A stretch of 64,000 bases of DNA. Origin: Candidatus Woesearchaeota archaeon (GTDB lineage Archaea > Nanobdellota > Nanobdellia > SCGC-AAA011-G17 > JACPIM01). The stretch covers positions 412 to 64,411 of the forward strand of contig JBDRGP010000024.1 of assembly GCA_043817645.1 (NCBI GenBank), given 5' to 3'. Both the position numbers and the translations under genes were made by a program. The number at the start of each line of letters is the position of its first letter. Within the stretch, counting starts at the first letter, position 1. Positions 61,532 to 64,000 of this stretch are shown piece by piece. The notes below the pieces were generated by a model. The model made no database searches and was not told the DNA's origin. It saw only the letters and a program-made list of their open reading frames with translations.

Positions 61532-62035
61532 AAAAACTTTATAACCTTTGTTTTCTAGCCTTTCTCTTCCTTTTAGATCAGTTAATTCTACTAAAAATGC
61601 ACATTCGGCTAATTTTCCTTGGAGACTCTTTATTAATTCACATGCGGCTAAGCAACTCCCCGCAGTAGCAATCAGATCGTCTATAAGTAAAACAATTTGT
61701 CCTGGAATTATTGAGTCATTATGTATTTCTAAAGCGTCTTTACCGTATTCTAATTCGTATTCTTGTTTTGTTGTAGCTGCTGGTAATTTTCCTGGTTTTC
61801 TTAATAATACGAGACCAGTGTTTAGTTTATGTGCTAGTATTGATCCAAAAATAAAACCTCTGCTTTCGATTCCTGCGACTATGTCAATATTTTTGTCTTT
61901 GTATCTTTCATAGAAAATATTTATTACTTTGTTGAAAGTTTCAGGATGTTTTATTAAGGTTGTTATGTCTCTGAACATTACTCCTTTTTTTGGCCAATCT
62001 GGAATTGTTCTAATTTTTGCTTTTAGTTCTTCCAT
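61505..62035 (-). CDS. apt: adenine phosphoribosyltransferase
   Basis: IRTIPDWPKKGVMFRDITTL, GIESRGFIFG and VLLIDDLIATAGS (PRPP-binding motif). Confidence 0.8.
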   Translation of the reverse strand: MEELKAKIRTIPDWPKKGVMFRDITTLIKHPETFNKVINIFYERYKDKNIDIVAGIESRGFIFGSILAHKLNTGLVLLRKPGKLPAATTKQEYELEYGKDALEIHNDSIIPGQIVLLIDDLIATAGSCLAACELIKSLQGKLAECAFLVELTDLKGRERLENKGYKVFSLLQFEGE

Positions 62036-62399
62036 GTCTAATTCTCTTTAGGGATATCTGTGTAGCAAGACCTGCTGTGCCATACATAAGAAAATATGTG
62101 GGGATGCCTAGTTCATCTTCAAGCCGGTCTGGTAAGACTGTTACTGTGGCTGTTGCTACTGCTTCTGAAGGCATTTTGAACACGATGCCTACGAGGTTAT
62201 CTTGGAGGCTTCTGTGTGGAAAATACTTGTCATATGTGTTTGCAAATCCGCTAACGTAAAGTGCAACAATTGCGGGCCATACTACACCATAGACTATACT
62301 GATGAGTGCCCCTGCATAATTTTTTGGGGAATACCACGTTCTTCTATTTTGTATGGGTGCATAGTGAAGTCTTGTATGATCTTGTACTGTGGGGGTCAT
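62010..62399 (-). CDS. hypothetical protein between MTAP and APRT genes
   Basis: 129-aa ORF overlapping the apt start by ~26 nt and the upstream MTAP stop by 4 nt. No recognised motif. Confidence 0.3.
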   Translation of the reverse strand: MTPTVQDHTRLHYAPIQNRRTWYSPKNYAGALISIVYGVVWPAIVALYVSGFANTYDKYFPHRSLQDNLVGIVFKMPSEAVATATVTVLPDRLEDELGIPTYFLMYGTAGLATQISLKRIRHGRTKSKN

Positions 62400-63181
62400 A
62401 ATATTTCCTCTTGTATTTTGTTTTTACATTCACAATCTAATTTTTTAATTTTTGGTAGGCTTTCTAAAATAAGAGTTTTTACTTTTTCTACATTATTGTT
62501 CATTACCCTCATTATTTCTTCAAAAGTTACGGGTTTTCGGTCTTCTAAAAAACAATCGAAGTCTGTTGACATTGCAATAGTTGCATAACATATTCTTGCT
62601 TCGTTTGCTAGATTTACTTCTGGTACACTAGACATGTTTATTACATCTGCTCCCCAGGAACGAAACATATGGGATTCTGCTTTTGTTGAAAATCTAGGTC
62701 CTTCTATTGTGATTACTGTTCCTTTTCTGTGATGGGATAGGTTTAATTGAGATGCTGTTGAAAATAATATGTTTCTTAAATCTGGGCAAAAAGGTTCTGC
62801 GCAAGGCAGGTGAATTACTTTATCTCTATCAAAAAAACTTGTTTGTCTTTTTTTGGTATGGTCTATGAACTGGTCTGGGAAAACTAAATCTCCTGGTTTG
62901 ATATTTTCTCTTAGTGAGCCTACTGCAGTTGTGGCTAGGATATGTGTACAGCTTAGTTTTTTTAATGCATAGATATTCGGTTTGTATGGGACATTTGATG
63001 GGATAATATTGTGATTTTTTGAATGTCTGCTGATTATTGCTACAGGAACCTCTTTAATTGTGCCTTGGATTACTGGAGATGAGGTTTGGCCATAAGGGGT
63101 TGCTATATTGAGTTCTTGATAGTTTTGTAGAAGATTTGGGTTATCCATGCCGGAGCCTCCTATTATTCCTATTTTTATCAT
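62396..63181 (-). CDS. mtnP: 5'-methylthioadenosine/purine nucleoside phosphorylase (PNP/MTAP family)
   Basis: MIKIGIIGGSGMD, TPYGQTSSPVIQG, ISRHSKNH and GADVINMSSVPEVNLANEARICYATIAMSTDFD are MTAP-type motifs. Confidence 0.8.
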   Translation of the reverse strand: MIKIGIIGGSGMDNPNLLQNYQELNIATPYGQTSSPVIQGTIKEVPVAIISRHSKNHNIIPSNVPYKPNIYALKKLSCTHILATTAVGSLRENIKPGDLVFPDQFIDHTKKRQTSFFDRDKVIHLPCAEPFCPDLRNILFSTASQLNLSHHRKGTVITIEGPRFSTKAESHMFRSWGADVINMSSVPEVNLANEARICYATIAMSTDFDCFLEDRKPVTFEEIMRVMNNNVEKVKTLILESLPKIKKLDCECKNKIQEEIL

Positions 63182-63223
63182 ACTTGTTGCTTTTTGGGGA
63201 TGTTTATATCTTTTTTTGTGGTT

Positions 63224-63528
63224 TAACCTCAGTATTTGAGAAAGTAAGCTGATTTTTATGGGAGAGAGGGCTTTTTATGAGAATTTGGGGTTTAATGCCC
63301 ACTGATTTTTCAAAAAATTTATCAAAAATCGAGATTTTATGTCACAATTCGATAGAAATAACAAAACATTAGAGAAATCCAACTAGAACCTTTCTATAAT
63401 TTGATAGAAAGAACCATTACGTTGGAGGATCTTCATAATCCACTCTATAGAGGACTACAGCGAATAATTTAGCTGTTATTATTGGCTTTTCAGATAATCT
63501 GCCATAAATAGCTAGAGAAACACAAATA
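63224..63528. repeat. copy 1 of a ~305-bp tandem direct repeat
   Basis: aacctcagtatttgagaaagtaagctgattttta…gctagagaaacacaaata recurs at 63568..63870 with about 95% identity. Confidence 0.8.
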
Positions 63529-63567
63529 CAAAAACTTTTGCCCACTTCGGCACTTTCTCAACTACTG

Positions 63568-63870
63568 AACCTCAGTATTTGAGAAAGTAAGCTGATTTTT
63601 AGGGAAGAGAAGGCTTTTTATGAGAATTTGGGTTTTAATGCCCACTAATTTTTCAAAAAATTTATCAAAAATCGAGATTTTATGTCACAATTCGATAGAA
63701 ATAACAAAACATTAGAGAAATCCAACTAGAACCTTTCTATAACTAATAAAAAGAACCATTACGTTGGAGGATCTTCATAAGCCACCCTATAGAGGACTAC
63801 AGCGAATAATTTAGCTGTTATTATTGGCTTTTCAGATAATCTGCCATAAATAGCTAGAGAAACACAAATA
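63568..63870. repeat. copy 2 of a ~305-bp tandem direct repeat (39-bp spacer between copies)
   Basis: See copy 1. Differences are a few substitutions and small indels. Confidence 0.8.
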
Positions 63871-64000
63871 TTTACTAGAATCCATAAATTATACAAGCAG
63901 ACTGTAAATAAGAAGTAAAATAGTCTTATGAGATAATTCTTAGATGTTGTTTTGGCTTTAAAATCGTGATCCATATTTCTATAAGAAGTTTCAATTCCCC

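Noticed and set aside
63224-63870. Tandem repeats considered as a CRISPR array
   Set aside because: Repeat unit (~305 bp) is far too long and there are only two copies; no short repeat-spacer periodicity and no cas genes.
63759-63974. 71-aa minus-strand ORF
   Set aside because: Lies within copy 2 of the tandem repeat, has no homologous frame in copy 1, and its product is hydrophobic and low-complexity.

Overview
The window is AT-rich (about 30-33% GC, with a few GC-richer islands) and archaeal in character. Promoters follow the BRE/TATA pattern (aAAGTTTATATA), many genes are leaderless or carry AGGTGA-type ribosome-binding sites, and pilins have class III signal peptides. It also carries an exosome/proteasome superoperon, Rpo6-enolase-S2, Mre11-Rad50 and a FlaI/TadC-type pilus machinery. 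Gene content and the many small toxin-antitoxin (TA) and surface proteins fit a small-genome euryarchaeal or DPANN-like lineage (inference).

Layout from left to right:
- 0.4-6.0 kb: an accessory island. It holds a pilin-like gene, an MNT/HEPN pair, carbamate kinase flanked by duplicated copies of its own 5' and 3' ends, two DUF4258/Zn-ribbon-AbrB modules, VapBC, a single-ORF IS66 element with inverted repeats and an 8-bp target-site duplication (TSD), and an intron-containing tRNA-Trp.
- 6-8.5 kb: a surface protein and a GC-richer unknown ORF.
- 8.7-12 kb, minus strand: a dTTP-synthesis cluster (YjbQ, dUTPase, an unusual MtrA-like/ThyA/DUF4346-like fusion, Tmk-like kinase, a Cys-less glutaredoxin-like protein).
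- 12.8-14.5 kb: Fap7 and an Rpp30-like gene.
- 14.5-17.1 kb: a secreted subtilisin inserted into the exosome superoperon (Pop5, PsmA, SBDS, Rrp4, Rrp41, Rrp42, RpoK, enolase).
- 22.5-24.6 kb: an insertion between enolase and rps2 that includes a GC-rich tandem NUDIX gene.
- 25.5-38 kb: an orphan Zn-ribbon/AbrB gene, CorA, a Memo-like protein, DUF192, a RelE-like pair, an ABC transporter, a second DUF4258/ZnR-AbrB module, a U32 peptidase, ferredoxin and RNase J.
- 38.5-40.5 kb: three KaiC-like proteins.
- 40.6-54.4 kb: an Epd/Tad-like archaeal type IV pilus locus. It has three paralogous Q+1/E+5 major-type pilins (two with Cys/Asp-rich or dockerin-like C-terminal extensions), at least four minor prepilin-like genes, a 611-aa Lys-rich repeat protein, a FlaI-like ATPase, two TadC-like membrane genes, paralogous small pilin-associated membrane proteins and a 780-aa Cys-rich secreted protein.
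- 54.5-64 kb: Mre11-Rad50, surface and hypothetical genes, APRT/MTAP adenine salvage, and a ~305-bp tandem direct repeat at 63.2-63.9 kb.

Hand-derived coordinates (not taken from the ORF track) may be off by 1-2 nt.
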